Origin: Chrysomallon squamiferum
Lineage: Eukaryota > Animalia > Mollusca
NCBI GenBank assembly: GCA_012295275.1
Contig: CM022670.1
Span: forward strand, 8,122,001 to 8,186,000
Direction of reading: 5' to 3'
DNA: 64,000 nucleotides
Shown piece by piece: positions 1 through 14,117 of this stretch. The notes beneath the pieces are model-generated. The model was given only the letters and a program-made list of their open reading frames with translations. It made no database searches and was not told the DNA's origin. The position numbers and the translations under genes were made by a program. Each line of letters opens with the position of its first letter. Position 1 is the first letter of the stretch.

Positions 1-165
1 AGTTAAAATTCTGTGGACCTATAGATAAAACAAGTCATTAGTTGAAAATCATTTTCATTTAACGACTTATGCACTTCAGAATTGAGATTAGATGGAGTTT
101 AATTTAAATATATATTATGAAAGTGTCTTCATTATTTTATGATGTTTTTGTATTTTTATTTGCAG

Positions 166-207
166 AGTACATCAAAGATTTTCAAAAACAAGGATTCACT
201 CAAAAAG
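166..207 (+). CDS. GLYR1: GLYR1/NPAC linker exon A (42 nt, phase 0-0, STSKIFKNKDSLKK)
   Basis: tttatttgcag acceptor and AAG|gtttgt donor; open reading; peptide is homologous to the exon at 2089..2130 and in frame with the downstream exons. Confidence 0.6.
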
Positions 208-2088
208 GTTTGTCATTAACTTCATGTATCTACATACTTTTTAAATTTTAGTTTATCTGCTGTATTTTTCTGCAACAAGACTTAATAGGTAAATAAACTG
301 TTATAGGTTTACTGAGTATCTTTCTAATTATACAGGAGTTTATGTAATTTTTCAGGGAAGGTTTTTGTTGCAAATGATACTTCAGAGCTTTCTTTCTTTT
401 TTTTTAAATGTAATATCTCGATTATTATTTCAACATCATGTTACAATTTTTGTAAATTTAGAACATATATGAACTTAATTTTTAAACCACAATCAAATTT
501 GTGATTTGTGTGTTTATTATTTTTATATATTTATTTATTTATTTATAAATTGCAATTTGTGTTATTTAGAAACAGTTTATAGAAAATCCAATATGTTTTT
601 TTCAGAGTTACAAAAATAAAGTATCTGAATGTTTCCCTAATGTTAAGAATACAGACTTAACTCATTGTTGGTTACCTGATCAATCTTCCTTAGTGGTACC
701 TATGTGACTACTTTCTAATACAAACTTTGACTAATCTATTAAAGGGAGTAATGTGTATTACCCTGTATGTAATTTTAAAAATGCCTTGATATAAATAGAC
801 TACTAAGTAATGCAATAGATTTCCTGTTGACATATAATGCAGAAAAAACACACAAAAAACTCTAATAAATGTTGACACCTAATTACTCATTTATGGATTT
901 TCTTTTAGAAGAAGCATATTTTTTTGTATTAGTAATATAACAAAAATTTGCATTTTATAAAAAAAAAAAATACATGCTGGTAATACACCTGTTGCAGTTA
1001 TTTATATCTCATATTAAATCACATTAAGAAAATCTTGTGTAGTCTTTTACATGTACAGTTCCACATAAAACTAATGAATTCTCAGCATTATTGTGTCATC
1101 TTTTCCTTTCATCCTTAGACATCATCCTTCTTATACAGTCTGTCTTGCATTCACATAAACCTTTAACAATACGTAATTCACCAGCAATGTGGTCTTCATC
1201 CTTCTTTCTTATGCAATCTGTCTCTCCACCACCTTTCTGATTTCTCTGTTTATTCTCTACAAATCAGTATGGAACTGTTGACAGCTTTCTGACTTGGCTG
1301 GTTATTAGATGATCATGGTATTTGAGTGCTGTGCTCGCACTGTTCAACAAATGATTTAGCTGTTATCTTATGTCAATGTACTACTGAACAATTCATGAAA
1401 TAGGAAGTAATTTCAAAATATCTCTCACAATGATGATGTCATCTTCAAACATCCATTAAAAAGATCTGTTTTCACATGGTTTATTTTGCCACTGAATTAA
1501 TATTGCTCTTTGGTAAAAAATTTAATTCTTAATTTTATGGTAATATATTTTAAGTAAATGTTTCAAAATATAAATACTTAAGGGAAAAAGTAACATTGTG
1601 ATATAATGTTTCATACAGTTTCACATTTTCCAAAATTAGAGAAAGTAAACATTAATACATATTCATTCAATACTTTAGTCATGGTTCACCCCATCACATG
1701 CATTTTCTGCAGGGTGCACAATTTTGTGTTTTGCCTATTATGGGGGCCACATGATGCTCACATACATTGTTTTTGAAAATGAAAAATTTACAATGGTTTC
1801 TATAACCATTTGCAACTCTGAAAAAACACATCTGTTTAAAAGAATTCAAAGATTATGTCATGCTACATCTTTTCTAAAACTGTCTTCATACAGTTGGTAT
1901 ATTGCATAATGAAGTTGCCTGCCATTTTGGCATACACCAAAACTCAAACTCTTTTATTTGTATTGTTTAGTACTTGCTAACATTTTATTTATTTATTTAT
2001 TTATTTATTTATTGTTGTTATTGTTGTTGTTATTGTTGTTTTTATTGTTTTTATTATTACATATAGTAATATATTTTTTTGTTTTTAG

Positions 2089-2130
2089 TCGGGTACAAAG
2101 GTCCTCAAAAACAAAGAACCAGTTAAAAAG
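2089..2130 (+). CDS. GLYR1: GLYR1/NPAC linker exon B (42 nt, phase 0-0, SGTKVLKNKEPVKK)
   Basis: ttttgtttttag acceptor and AAG|gtatgt donor; joins the exon at 2487 in frame. Confidence 0.65.
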
Positions 2131-2486
2131 GTATGTCGATTAAATTATTCATTTGTTCACTTGCATTCATGCACACTAAGATAAAAAATAATGAATAAAA
2201 TAATTTTGTTAGATCATTATTTTAGAATAGTAGTGAAATATAATTAATGCAAAAAAAAATAATCTTTATTAACATTAATATGAATTTTCAACATGAAAAA
2301 AGTTGAATTTGTTTTGCCTAATTATTTTTGACATTTGTTAGATATTTGTTTGTTTCTGTATTTATTTATTAATTTCTTATAAATTTAATAAACTATAGAT
2401 ACTATTTAAAAAAATGCCTGCAACACGAGTTTCGTGGGTTTGCATGTGATATCATTTCCATTGGAAATAATTTTATTTTATATCAG

Positions 2487-2774
2487 TTGACCCCTCTCCG
2501 CAAATATGGCACAAAGCGACCACCCTCGACAACAGACAGTGAGCACACTCCTTCTACATCGTCGACACCACCACCCAAGAAACAGCGGCCTTTGCCGCAG
2601 CTGAATGCGTCGCCTGTAAAATCCCCTGAGTCTTCTAGACCATCTCAGAGCAGCATTTTCAGTCCGGCAGAATCTGGCTTCTCTATGACAAAGATGAGAA
2701 GTGAGGGATACAAGTCTCCTGACGCTGACTTCAGTGCAGCTATTGGAATACGGCCTGAGAATCACATTAGTAAG
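2487..2774 (+). CDS. GLYR1: GLYR1/NPAC Ser/Pro/Lys-rich disordered linker exon (LTPLRKYG...NHISK) with NLS-like PPPKKQR
   Basis: tatcag acceptor, AAG|gtaaac donor, 288 nt phase 0-0, coding-like GC content; splices in frame to the dehydrogenase exon. Confidence 0.8.
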
Positions 2775-5038
2775 GTAAACACATAACACATCTATGTACG
2801 CTGATTGCTTTGTTGCTTGTTTGTTCTTAATTTAAAATCATATTTGTCACGTCAGAATGGAATTCATTGCAGTAAAAGGTTTGTTACAGCTATATTTATT
2901 TTAAATTCAGAACACAGGTTTGTTACACTGTATGTTTATTTGAAATTTAGAGTTGTCACTGACAAGTTAGAACTGTGGTTTATTGCAGTAATTTCCATTG
3001 TTACAACCACATTTATTTTAAATTTGAAGCAGTGACTGCTTTGTTAACATTGTAGCTGTATGTATATTTAAAACTGGTCAGTTGGAACTATATTTTTTCT
3101 AAATTAATTGCAGTGATTGGTTTGTTACAGTGACATGTTTATATTTAAAGAGTTTGGTTCTTTAATGTGATAAATGCCAATTTTTGTTTTAATTTTAAAT
3201 TAAATCTGTCTGAAATGCAACATTTTGATCTCTCTTACATAGCCCCAGGTTTGTATTCTCCATAAAGTTATATTATCCCTGATATATGCATTATGAATAT
3301 AGATTTTAAATTCTGTGATGTAATAAAGGTCATGTTAAATCATTAATAATAAACAGGAGTTAGTGATAGTTTTTCTTCTTGGGAAGAAACAAAAATTGTC
3401 AAAAGATTAATATATACAAGAAAAGTAAAAAAATCTTGCCATTTAGCTGCTATCTATGTGACGTACATAGGAACAATAGTGAGAGAGCACTCTCAGGTTA
3501 AACAGGTGGACCATTTAAAATGAATGCTGTCTTACATTTTAATAATTTATATGGTAGGATTGTAATGTGTTCTGGAATAAATCAAAATAATAGATCGATT
3601 TAAAAAAAAAAATTAAAAATTAAAAAAATAGATTTATATTATTATGGTTGGTTTAACTTTTGCTCAGCTAAAATTACAATAGAAATCATTTTATTTATTT
3701 ATTTATTATTATAATTTTTTTTTTTATATCACATTTCCAAAGCAGAAATAGTAGGTTTTTTTCCAAAGAAAATTGATAGGTACAAAATGTAGCAGTTTGT
3801 AATCAAATACACTTATCAGTAGATATGCTTGTTATAACAACATACTTATTTTAAATGTCATAATAGATTTTAGTCATCTTTGCATGTTCAAAATTCAGTG
3901 ACTGGAGTTAAATATGTTTATTTTAAATTTAATGCCTTGATAGATTTTAGTCTGCATTACATGTTTGTTTTAAATTCAGTGATTGATTTTCCATAGATAT
4001 TTATTTTAAATTTAATTCCGTAATAGATTTAGTCAGCCCTCTATGTTTGTTTTAAACTCAATGACTGGTTTATTAGGTGTGATTTTTTTTTTCATTTTAT
4101 TTTGTTACATATAATTGTTTATCTTAAATTAGCAAAGACAGATCAGCATGTTAAACCATGTGTTTGTTTTGAGTTTGATATGTTTTTATCAGCTTTGTAA
4201 ATTTAGAACAGTGACTGGGATTTATAGACAAAATTCAAGAAATTTATTGTTTTTGAACACAGATAATGGATACTGTAAATAAAAATATTTAAACACAATT
4301 CAAATACATTACTTTTAAATTCTGTGTAATAATAGTTGCATATTCACTTCAAAATCAGATGTAAAGATTAAAATCAGTGCAAGAACTGGAACAAAACAGA
4401 AAATTGTATCACTGACATAGTACGTTTTAATTTTAAATTCACTATAATTCATTTTTATGTGGTCACACATTTTATGTACCACAAACAAATACAACCTTTA
4501 CATTCACAGGGAAGTTTATTTGGTAAATGCATCTACAGTCATTAAACAGATCAAATAAAGTTGTAGAATTTTTGTAAAGGGTTTAGTATAAATTATTATG
4601 GATTCTCATTTCAGTTGTGATCCAAATCACACAAAATGGCAAAAAAAAAAAAATCTTTTGGTGAAATTTATTCTGTAATATTATATTCTGAAAGTAACAC
4701 TAGTGATTGAATTAAGTAATACAAACTATCTAATCTTGTATAAACATTTTAAATTCAGAACATAAAATGGGGTAAGTCTTAAGTCTGTCCACTTTGTAAC
4801 AATGATAAATTTGTTCCATTGATTATACATATATTTACATTAATTTTAGCTGTTAAACTGGATATTATTTCTAGTGTTCTTGGACCTTCCATTTACAAAA
4901 TAATTTATTGTACACCTGATAATCATTAATATAAAATCTATCATTTCATTGCTTGCATGAATGAGCAAGGTGGTCACATAAAACCTTCAGGTTTATTTCA
5001 TGGGTTTTTATTGACTTCACTTTAACAATTCTATTCTA

Positions 5039-5230
5039 GGGCGAAGGCCATAGCTCAGTACTATTTGAGTGTTGTGGATCATTCCTCAGATATGCCCTCT
5101 GGACTATCTACTGTTCAAGCCTGGAGATAAAAATTCTCAATTTTTAGCTTTTCTGTAAATGTATAAAAGACCACTTCTTATTATGTGATTTCAGTCACTT
5201 ACAATATGGCAGCTGTTGGGTACCTCACAT
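5039..5230 (+). mobile_element. Degenerate tRNA-derived SINE-like remnant
   Basis: Begins with a decayed A-box-like tagctcagta and a B-box-like ggatcattcct; resembles from memory a gastropod SINE; related decayed copies appear in reverse at 48.3-48.9 kb. Confidence 0.35.
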
Positions 5231-6192
5231 AGACACACACACACACACAGACACACACATTCTTAATTTATTGATAACTGCCAATATTAAAAATTGCTGT
5301 TATGTATCTTACATTACCTTTTATTTCTAGAATCGTTTTCACTATTTACATATGATTTTGAAGTTCATTCAGTTTAATAGTCATGGATCTTTTGATTTTA
5401 TTTTGCTTTGCATGAATCTAGATTGATCAGATAAGTATCTGGCATGATAATTTTTAATTAAGTGGCAGTTTATTTTAATTTTTTATAATTATTTTTTAAT
5501 TATATGTTGTGGAAATTATTTCCATTTGAACAGTGTTTGTGATTTACTAAATGATGGGCAGCATCTGTTTATTGTTTGTGGTATAATATTTGTTTTTGTT
5601 TTTGGTATGGTTTATGTTGTTTTGTTGTTGTTTTTTAATATTTTATTATTGTTTTGTTTTATTTAAAAATGAAAAAATAATGAAAAAGGGTATTAACATG
5701 CTAGGATATGTTATTTTTACCAAGCAAAAATACACATCATGAAATTTGATAATTAAACTAATTTAAAGGTTTAAAAAAAAAAAAAAATGCCTGAAGTTGT
5801 CAAAGTTATTAACAATTTAATGTTGAAAATACTGTTGTGTTAAGAAGACATTATCAGTGGTGTCATCTGGAGCAGAATTACAGCTACTACTTTATCTTAT
5901 ATTAGAAAAGTGAATTCTGACTTTTCCTCATTTGAAAATGTATTTTAGCTTTTTAGATAACTTTGCAATTATAACCGAATTTACTAGATTTTTTAATTTT
6001 TTTAATAAGCTATAACATTTGGTTTGTCTATCTGAAGTGAACTGTCACCACGCTTCGTTTAAGAAAAACAAAACAGTAAAGAATTTCACGTTCTGGATTA
6101 ACATAAGGGCTTTTGTTTTTGTTTTTCCTATAAAGTTTTCAGTGTAGAGTAGTTTAAGATATTTCACTGTTGGATATTGTGAAAAATTCCAG

Positions 6193-6402
6193 GGCGAGGA
6201 CATGCATGCGACCATGTTACAGAATGTATCATCTTCAACTCAGATCGAGGAATCCATGCTGCCAAGAACAATGCCAAAAGCAATCATCCCAACACCACTG
6301 AGAATAGGCTTCCTTGGGCTCGGGATAATGGGGCAGGGTATGGTTATGAATCTTCTGCGATCTGGACACGAAGTGACAGTTTGGAACAGGACTGGAACAA
6401 AG
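6193..6402 (+). CDS. GLYR1: GLYR1/NPAC exon, start of the NAD(P)-binding domain ([10 protein letters not shown]...VTVWNRT)
   Basis: Rossmann GxGxxG motif and the VWNRT motif of the 3-hydroxyisobutyrate dehydrogenase/GLYR family; ttccag acceptor, AAG|gttagt donor; 210 nt. Confidence 0.95.
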
Positions 6403-9400
6403 GTTAGTTTTGTGTTGTTTTTTTTCTTTCAATTAAACTTTATCTCCTTTCAACAAATGTTTTCTTATCTCTTTCTGTTTGCCTCCTTCTTTATTCACAC
6501 CCTCACCTTTTCACTTTCTTTTTCAGAAATTATTGTTTTCTCTAAATAGTTTAATCATTTTTAGTCTTGAAATAATTTTTACAAAATTTATTACTGACAT
6601 TTGTCAGAATGTTATTGTTTCTATGGTAACACTTTCCCAGGTCTTATTTGTAACTAATTTTTTTTATAACTTTTATATTTAAAATGACATTTGTTAAATA
6701 ATATCAGTTTCTGTAACTTAATAGTAATCCAGTACATAAATATAACATCCTTGTACCTTATTTAGTAATGTATCTGTATCACCATCCCAACTTTTTGATC
6801 ATGCCAACATCAACTTCTAAACTGATGGGTTTTTTTTATTTTTATTGTTTTATTTTCTTGAAATTAACATGCTTCTGTCTGTTGAAAACTAAAAAAACTT
6901 GGCAGTTCTTCTTTCAGCGATAATAAAATCTCTACTTTTATATTAATTGTAACACCATAAAATATTTGAGTAAAGAACTAACTGTATCAGTAAATTCTTA
7001 TGTATTACTGTCTGTCTTAAAGTAACGTTATCTTGTAACAGACTTCTCCTAATCTCTCTTTTATTTTCTGTTTCATTACATCTTCCTTCACACTACTGTC
7101 TCTCATTTGGCCATAGTAGTTTATTTTACTATTAGCATATAGATAGATCTGTCTGAGCAATATATACAACTGTTTGATGTTGCAGATAGATTTTAATGCA
7201 GTCATTACTATTTTTGTTTATTTATTCTTTGTTATTTTTGTTTTGCTTTCCAGTTTTTAAAATGTATTAATTTTACATGTTTTAGTTAAACAACATAACA
7301 ACCAGTTTACTTACATTTAACAAAAAATTGTCATTGTCATGTATCTTCTTTCTTATACATATTTCTGAAAATGAGAAATATGTTAATTAGGTGGTAAGAG
7401 AAAGAAACTTTTTTTTACTATTTTTTTTTTTTTTTTTATCCTTTTTTAACTTATAATTGATCTAAATATACTGTATTCTAAAGGACAAAAAACAACAAAT
7501 TAAATTCCATGTTAAATCAGAGAAATGAAAGGATAATTTTATTATCCATGGATAATACTGCAGTGTGCAGTTAGATTACCATGTTTTGGGGTTGTTTTGT
7601 TAAATACTCACAACACCAGGGATTTTAAAATAAAATCAATTTTATGTGCTCTTTTCTGTCAGTTATCCCCCTTTTCATCTCTCATTATTTACCTATTTGA
7701 AACTACTGAATAAACACTTAATGAATTCCTAAAAACATTTTTATTGTTGATGATTTTGGGGGTCTTAAAATTTATTTTCATAATAATATTTGACATAGAA
7801 AGCTATTATTACTCTAAGGTTATTTTTTACAGATTAGCAGGATTATGTGCATTTATTATTTATATTCTTTTTATTTTTTGATCTGTGGCCGACAGATCTC
7901 ATAATATCTTGTATTCATATGAAATCTGAGTTGATAATGATGGTGTTATTGTATAGATTATGTATTTATGGCATTATTTTAGACATTGCTGGAATGATTG
8001 AAATTGATGGCAATGTTGACCGATTTGGTTGTTGATAATTATTAGATTAATATGTCGATTGTTGATAGTAAAAACATTATTGTACGAATTATTAGTAATG
8101 ATAATTTTATTTTATAGACATTTGCTAACTTTTATTGAGGATTATTGAAAATTGCATTTTAGTTCAATTTATTTGATTGTCGACTACAGTATACTATTGA
8201 AACTTGGAACTTATATAATAGAATGCTGATATATAATTTCTTTATAGTCTTTTTTATTTTTATATGTAATAAAACAATCATATTCTGGTGTACATTTTTA
8301 AGTAAATCTTTTAAGAGTTAACTGGGACATATTCTTCCTATATTGTGTGTGTGTCATTTGAATAGACATCTAGCATTTTGCATAACTCAGTTGTCACAAT
8401 TCATGTATGAATGTGTATGTGTGTAACATATTTTTGCAGTATTTATACAGTTTAAAAATAATAATAATAAATTCAGTGTCAATGGATATGTAATAGAGTA
8501 ATAAGTGAAAGTTTTGCAGTCTTGTTTTTGAAAAAAACCCAACAAAATAAAAAACCAATTGAAATGTGAGAATACTAGCTGTGAAACCTTTTTTCTAATG
8601 CTGTGTGCCCAGTTTAGCCCATTAATTTTTAATAAGAAACCCTGATGCTTAATGTATTGGTTTCTGTAGCTTCAGGGAAAGGTAGTAGTATAAACTGTAA
8701 TAAAATATAACTCTAATGTAACAAACAAAATAACAAAATATGTGCCATTCTTTATTTATTCCTCACACAGTCTTACACTTTGCTAACAATCAGTTACCAT
8801 GACATGGTCAACAACAAACAAAACACTACCTGACTAGGCAAATTTAAATATTTATTTCAACATGTGTCTTGGTGCTACAGGTAATTAGACGTGCAGTATT
8901 AACATAGGATTTACACCCAGTCATCCTTGTATGTTAAGACGTGTTGATCAAAAGGAATTAAAAACAAATTCAGATATACAGTGGATACATGTCTAGGTCA
9001 TACATTCCTGAGTATTAACATCTGTACATTTAAATAATACATATAAAACAACAATAATAATTATACGGATTTCATTTATTAAAAACAAATCATGAGGGGA
9101 GGGGAATCCACATAATGAAAGTTTAAGAATATTCTAAATAATTATAACATTTCATGTAAAAACAAATAATAATAATAAAAATAATTTTAAATCTGTATTT
9201 ATGTGGATACACATCTTGGTTTAACTTTAATATTTTGCTTTGTAACTTCACCTTTTACTTTCATGGCTGAGACCATGTGCACCAGCAATTAAGCCATGAT
9301 AATTTTATTTTTAATCTGTGCATGTTGAGGTTATACTGAACAAAGATACAAAATTATAGTATATCAGGACTCACTGAAATTTCAACTTCACACTGACAGA

Positions 9401-9619
9401 CTGCAAGTAACACAAATTAAAATCAATGCTACATGTTGTTGACTTTGCCAAACAAGAAGGGAGTACAGTGGTAATAAAATAGATTAATCAAAGTGCCTTT
9501 TAGTCTAAATCATCTATGGTGAAGATAAGAAGGGAGAAAAAATTACAAAAGAAACAAGCATCCATATAAATAGAAAGTTAATAGACAGGTATAAATCAAA
9601 ATAAATCTCAATTGTAGAT

Positions 9620-9880
9620 GTGTCTTGTCTTGTATGAAAATAAAATATTACAGTTCTTTTCATTATATCACATTGTCTTGTGTGAAAGTAAAGTTTGATT
9701 TATTTTTTTGCGCCATGGACATGTTTTATATGAAAGTAAAATTTTGTAGTACTTATTTACCTCTTATGTGAAAGTAAAATTTCTTAGTTCATTTTACATT
9801 ATGAGCATTTTGTTGTGTATGACAGTAAAATTCATGGAGTGTGTAAGGTATTAAACATATCTTATATGAAAGTAAAAGTC
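9620..9880. repeat. Degenerate minisatellite, six T(A/G)TGAAAGTAAAA cores about 38-51 bp apart
   Basis: Cores near 9633, 9681, 9729, 9767, 9818 and 9865. Confidence 0.6.
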
Positions 9881-12291
9881 CAAATTTGCTTTAGGGTTCA
9901 TTGAAACTGAAATATTTGAAAGATAACAGGGTATCATTTGTAGTTCAAACTTGTGAAACAATAGGAAATAACACGAGACGGTGGTGTCAAGGTACCAGAT
10001 GTAATCAGAAAATTATTAAAGCAATTAACATAGCAGCTTTATTCAGCAACAACATATTTATAAATTAAACATAAAATAAGCAGTATTTTATTATTTTATT
10101 TTTAAAAAATCAGTAAAATTTTATATTCACTCACATAATTAATTTATTTACACTATTCTTGAATCGTACTGCCTGTATTAAAAAATTGATAAAACTGTGA
10201 ATTTTTTTTTTTCCTTTAATAATAATCATAACATTTACTTTTGAAGAAAACTGATAATGCTTGTTGCATTTTTTGTTATATTCTTGACCGTTTGTGCTGA
10301 TGAATATTCTTAATCCTTATGTTCATATTAAATCTTTACAAGAAGAGCTTTGAAAGTTAGGCTTGAAAGATGTTATAAAACTTTCCAAAGAAGATAAAAA
10401 TGGTTTTCAGCTAAGAAAGAAAAAAAAAGTTACATGGGTAATTGATCATTGATATTACATGTAAAATTACTTCCATTTACTCAACACTGATCGGAGAAAA
10501 AAACAACTCAGATGTGGTTTTTTTACCGATCAGAAAGAATTATTGTGAAATGATGGTCATTGATCAATTCTGATGACAAATCTCATTTGTAGAGTTAAAT
10601 AACAAAGATAATTTATGGCTTTGTGTTATAGCTTTTGAACCAACCTCATTTATTACCCTGAAAATACGCAAAAACAAAAATACACAATCATCTAGATATT
10701 GAAAAAATAAAATGCTGGTTTTTTTTTTTTAACTGAAGCATCCTATTATTACTATATATATATTATATATAATTCTGTTAATGTGCTCATAAATGGTCTA
10801 ATAGGTAGTGAGATCAGTTCCTCTTTGATGTGAAAGATCTCTGAAAGAATTGTTCAAGAGGTTTCTCTTACTAATACTGTATAAAAACATCGCTAAAATA
10901 TAGCAACATATAATGTCAGTACTTAAAAATAATAGTAGTTTGGTGCCTGTGTTACCTGTTAGTTAATTTTGTATGTCTTTTTCATTGTGTATCATTAATT
11001 AGGCAGCCACAGTATATCAAAGTGTTGTAAACATTTGAATAATTAACGAGTGTAAATTATTCACATGTTTACCTGTATGTGTCTGACTGAAATAGCATTG
11101 ACAGTAGTAACAAAAAACAAAAATAATAATAATAAAGTAACGTTACAAAATATATTTAAAAAATGCAAAACTATACAAATTCATGACATTTTGTTTATTT
11201 ATAGTAATAATAAAATATACATAGGGGTGAATTAGTACAAGCAATTTTTTCTAATTTTAGAATTCATTAGAAAAGTAAATCTACAATTTGTTCATAATAC
11301 TTTTTATTATTATTATTATTATTATTTTAATTATTAAAAAACAGAATATTCAAAGTGGAATTATTTCACATTAACATTTAAATTATAAAGAGGGGATGTT
11401 TCAGAAGAATATTCTATGTTTTTAGCAGTATTTACCCTGTTTTGTACAAACAGTGCAAATCTGTATAGTTTCTGAATCAGTAAGCTAAAATAATTTAACA
11501 AAACATCACACATACTTAAACATTTGTAAACAAACACAATCATCTTCACTGTTTATTCTATATCGGCAAGTGCCTCTATGAGCTAGGGCTGGGAGTGGCT
11601 ATCCACCCCTTCTAACTGCCACTTAGAATTCTAAATAGACTCTTTATTCAGTGCTGAAGTAAAAAAAAAACAAAAATATAAACTTTTGGACTTTTTGTTC
11701 CGAATTGTTTAGTCAGCCATAATATTGATATATTATTGTATGCATTAATCAGTCATTGATTTAAGAAGACATTTAAAATAGTTTGTTTATAATGTACGTG
11801 ATCAAAATACATGTACAGATGATGTCACAATCCATAAATAGTTTATTATACTAAATCAGATAATATTTTCTTTGTAAGCCTTATCAATGTACCTCCTGTT
11901 ATATAAATAGTGTATTATTGCAGGTAAAAACAAAAGAAATATTTGAAGACTAATGTCAGATTAATATCATTTCGTTAATGTAATGAAATATTAATCTGGC
12001 ATTTTGGCTCCTATTTGCAGGTGTTTTAAAAACCTAATTTGTTTTAAATAACACTACTGTTTCCTTTAGCCAACTAATTTGAAACACAAACATTTTTTTC
12101 TTTTAAATGATGAACAAAAATCTATACATTCAAAATAAAAATTAATATTTTACATTAATTAACAGAATTCCCTGGAATTACTGATGTTCAAATGAACTAA
12201 AACATTAATATACATGAACAACAACAAAAATACAAATTTCCTTTTACAGTTATACTTCTTACTTTTATGTAAACACCAAATATACTATGTA

Positions 12292-12333
<42 letters not shown>

Positions 12334-14117
12334 TGCAAGCATGTATTATTGTGACCATGTCCTTTGCATGACACCATGTATCCTGTCACTGAGGGGACTG
12401 ATCTGTCATTACAACTGTTACATCTTGATAACATCACAATAACATTCCACACTTTACATCAAATTCACCTCACTGTTATTCTTCTCTTTTTAGAAAAATT
12501 ATATTTACAACAGTCTCCCAGTCCAGATTTCATAGACAAATATTTCTTTACTAATTTGGTTTAAATATTGGTAATCAGAAAGTTCTTAGTGATATTTCTA
12601 CTTGCCAGTAGACCTTGTGAAAATTATTATAGTAATAATTATTCATAGCCTGCAGCAGGTAGCATGCGGCTTTTGAAAACTATGATAATTAATCATGCCT
12701 GTACCAGCCACTATAATACTTCACTTAAAAGGTCTTGTGGAAACTACATATAAGCTTTTGTCTGGAATGTTATTGATCAGGCTTTGGTGTGTGACCACCA
12801 AGGAGCATCCAGAGCAATCTTGTAGTATTTATTTTCTGTGGAGCCATTCCACGAAATACTCTAAACCGATTTACTAGCAGGGGTCGTTAAACAAAATCTT
12901 GATCACTGATACACGATTGGCAGTTTTCTGTCATTTTCAAAGCATTCTGCAAAGATGACCCCCCCCCCAAAAAAATATATAACCAGCCATTAAACCTTTA
13001 GTATGATGTATTAGCTTCCTGGTAACTAAATTAAGCATTGATGTAGTTTTTTTCACTTCTTCTGAAAAAAAAAACAGAAATTAAATTTGGTCAGTGGTTA
13101 CAAGTATGGTGCTTATTTCAGTGCTGTGTTTGGAAAACACAATTTCACAACGGGCATCTTTCCTGTTTGTCCACTAGAGCTGTCAAGAGAACCGGAGTAA
13201 ATAACAATTTGTAGTGACACTGTCTGGAATACATCATGCATATATATCAGTTTAATCTGATCAGTATTGATAGCTGGTTTCATTAACATACTAATGTCAG
13301 CAGGGTAGAATTTCTAAAAAAAAAAAGTTCAAAGCTGATTTCATGTTTGTGTTACTGGGAAGGGAAGGAAAAATACAAATCCATGGTAGTCAGGATGGAA
13401 ATTTATGATGTTTTAAAGGTTGGTTTATCCAAAGAAATACAAGTATAATACATTAAAAATATAAATATGTTGTCATTAAAGTTTGAAGTAAGAAGATTTA
13501 TATCAAAGTGATAAAAGAAATCAAATAGAATTATAGAATAATCCAAAATCATTTTTACATATTAGAGAATAGTTGGTGCAGCAGTTAATATTTTTGACAA
13601 GCTGGATAATATATAATAAACAGTTAACATAAAATTTCCTGATGGTTAACTGTATCCCTCACATCAACAAGGTGCATATTAAATATAGAAGTGACATACC
13701 AAAATTGATATGCTCTTATATTATCAATAAAACAAAAATAAAAATTTCTTCAGTGACCACCTTTTTGCAAACATATTTAATATTATCATTTAAAAGACAT
13801 TTTTATACAAGAAATGAGGAAAATGAGAAAATATCTTGATTTGAAAAGAAACATTCCTAGCTGAATCAAACTTATTATGAATACTATATATTGCACACAA
13901 ATATTTTTTCAAGTCCAAAATCCCACCCCAGAATCCCACCCCAGAATTAATCATTGAGTTAAAAGATAGGAAATTTAATTAAAAGCATTGTTATTTTATA
14001 TATTATTCATAAATAAATGATTCAAGAAAATATAATTTTATTTTAAAAATGATCACATTAATCAGTACGTCAAACATCAGACAACATCCACCTAAATGTG
14101 CAGTCTTTAAAGTCTGG

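Noticed and set aside
166-207. Phase-1 reading EYIKDFQKQGFTQK as the end of the PWWP domain
   Set aside because: It would be out of frame with the phase-0 downstream exons and I found no bridging exon; the phase-0 reading matches exon 2089..2130.
5040-5147. Possible alternative GLYR1 exon starting ctag|GGC GAA, like the exon at 6193
   Set aside because: No good donor, it runs into a stop, and the sequence fits a decayed tRNA-derived SINE head better.
9620-9880. CRISPR-like repeat-spacer appearance
   Set aside because: Eukaryotic intron, cores only about 13 bp and degenerate, spacers partly related to each other, no cas genes.
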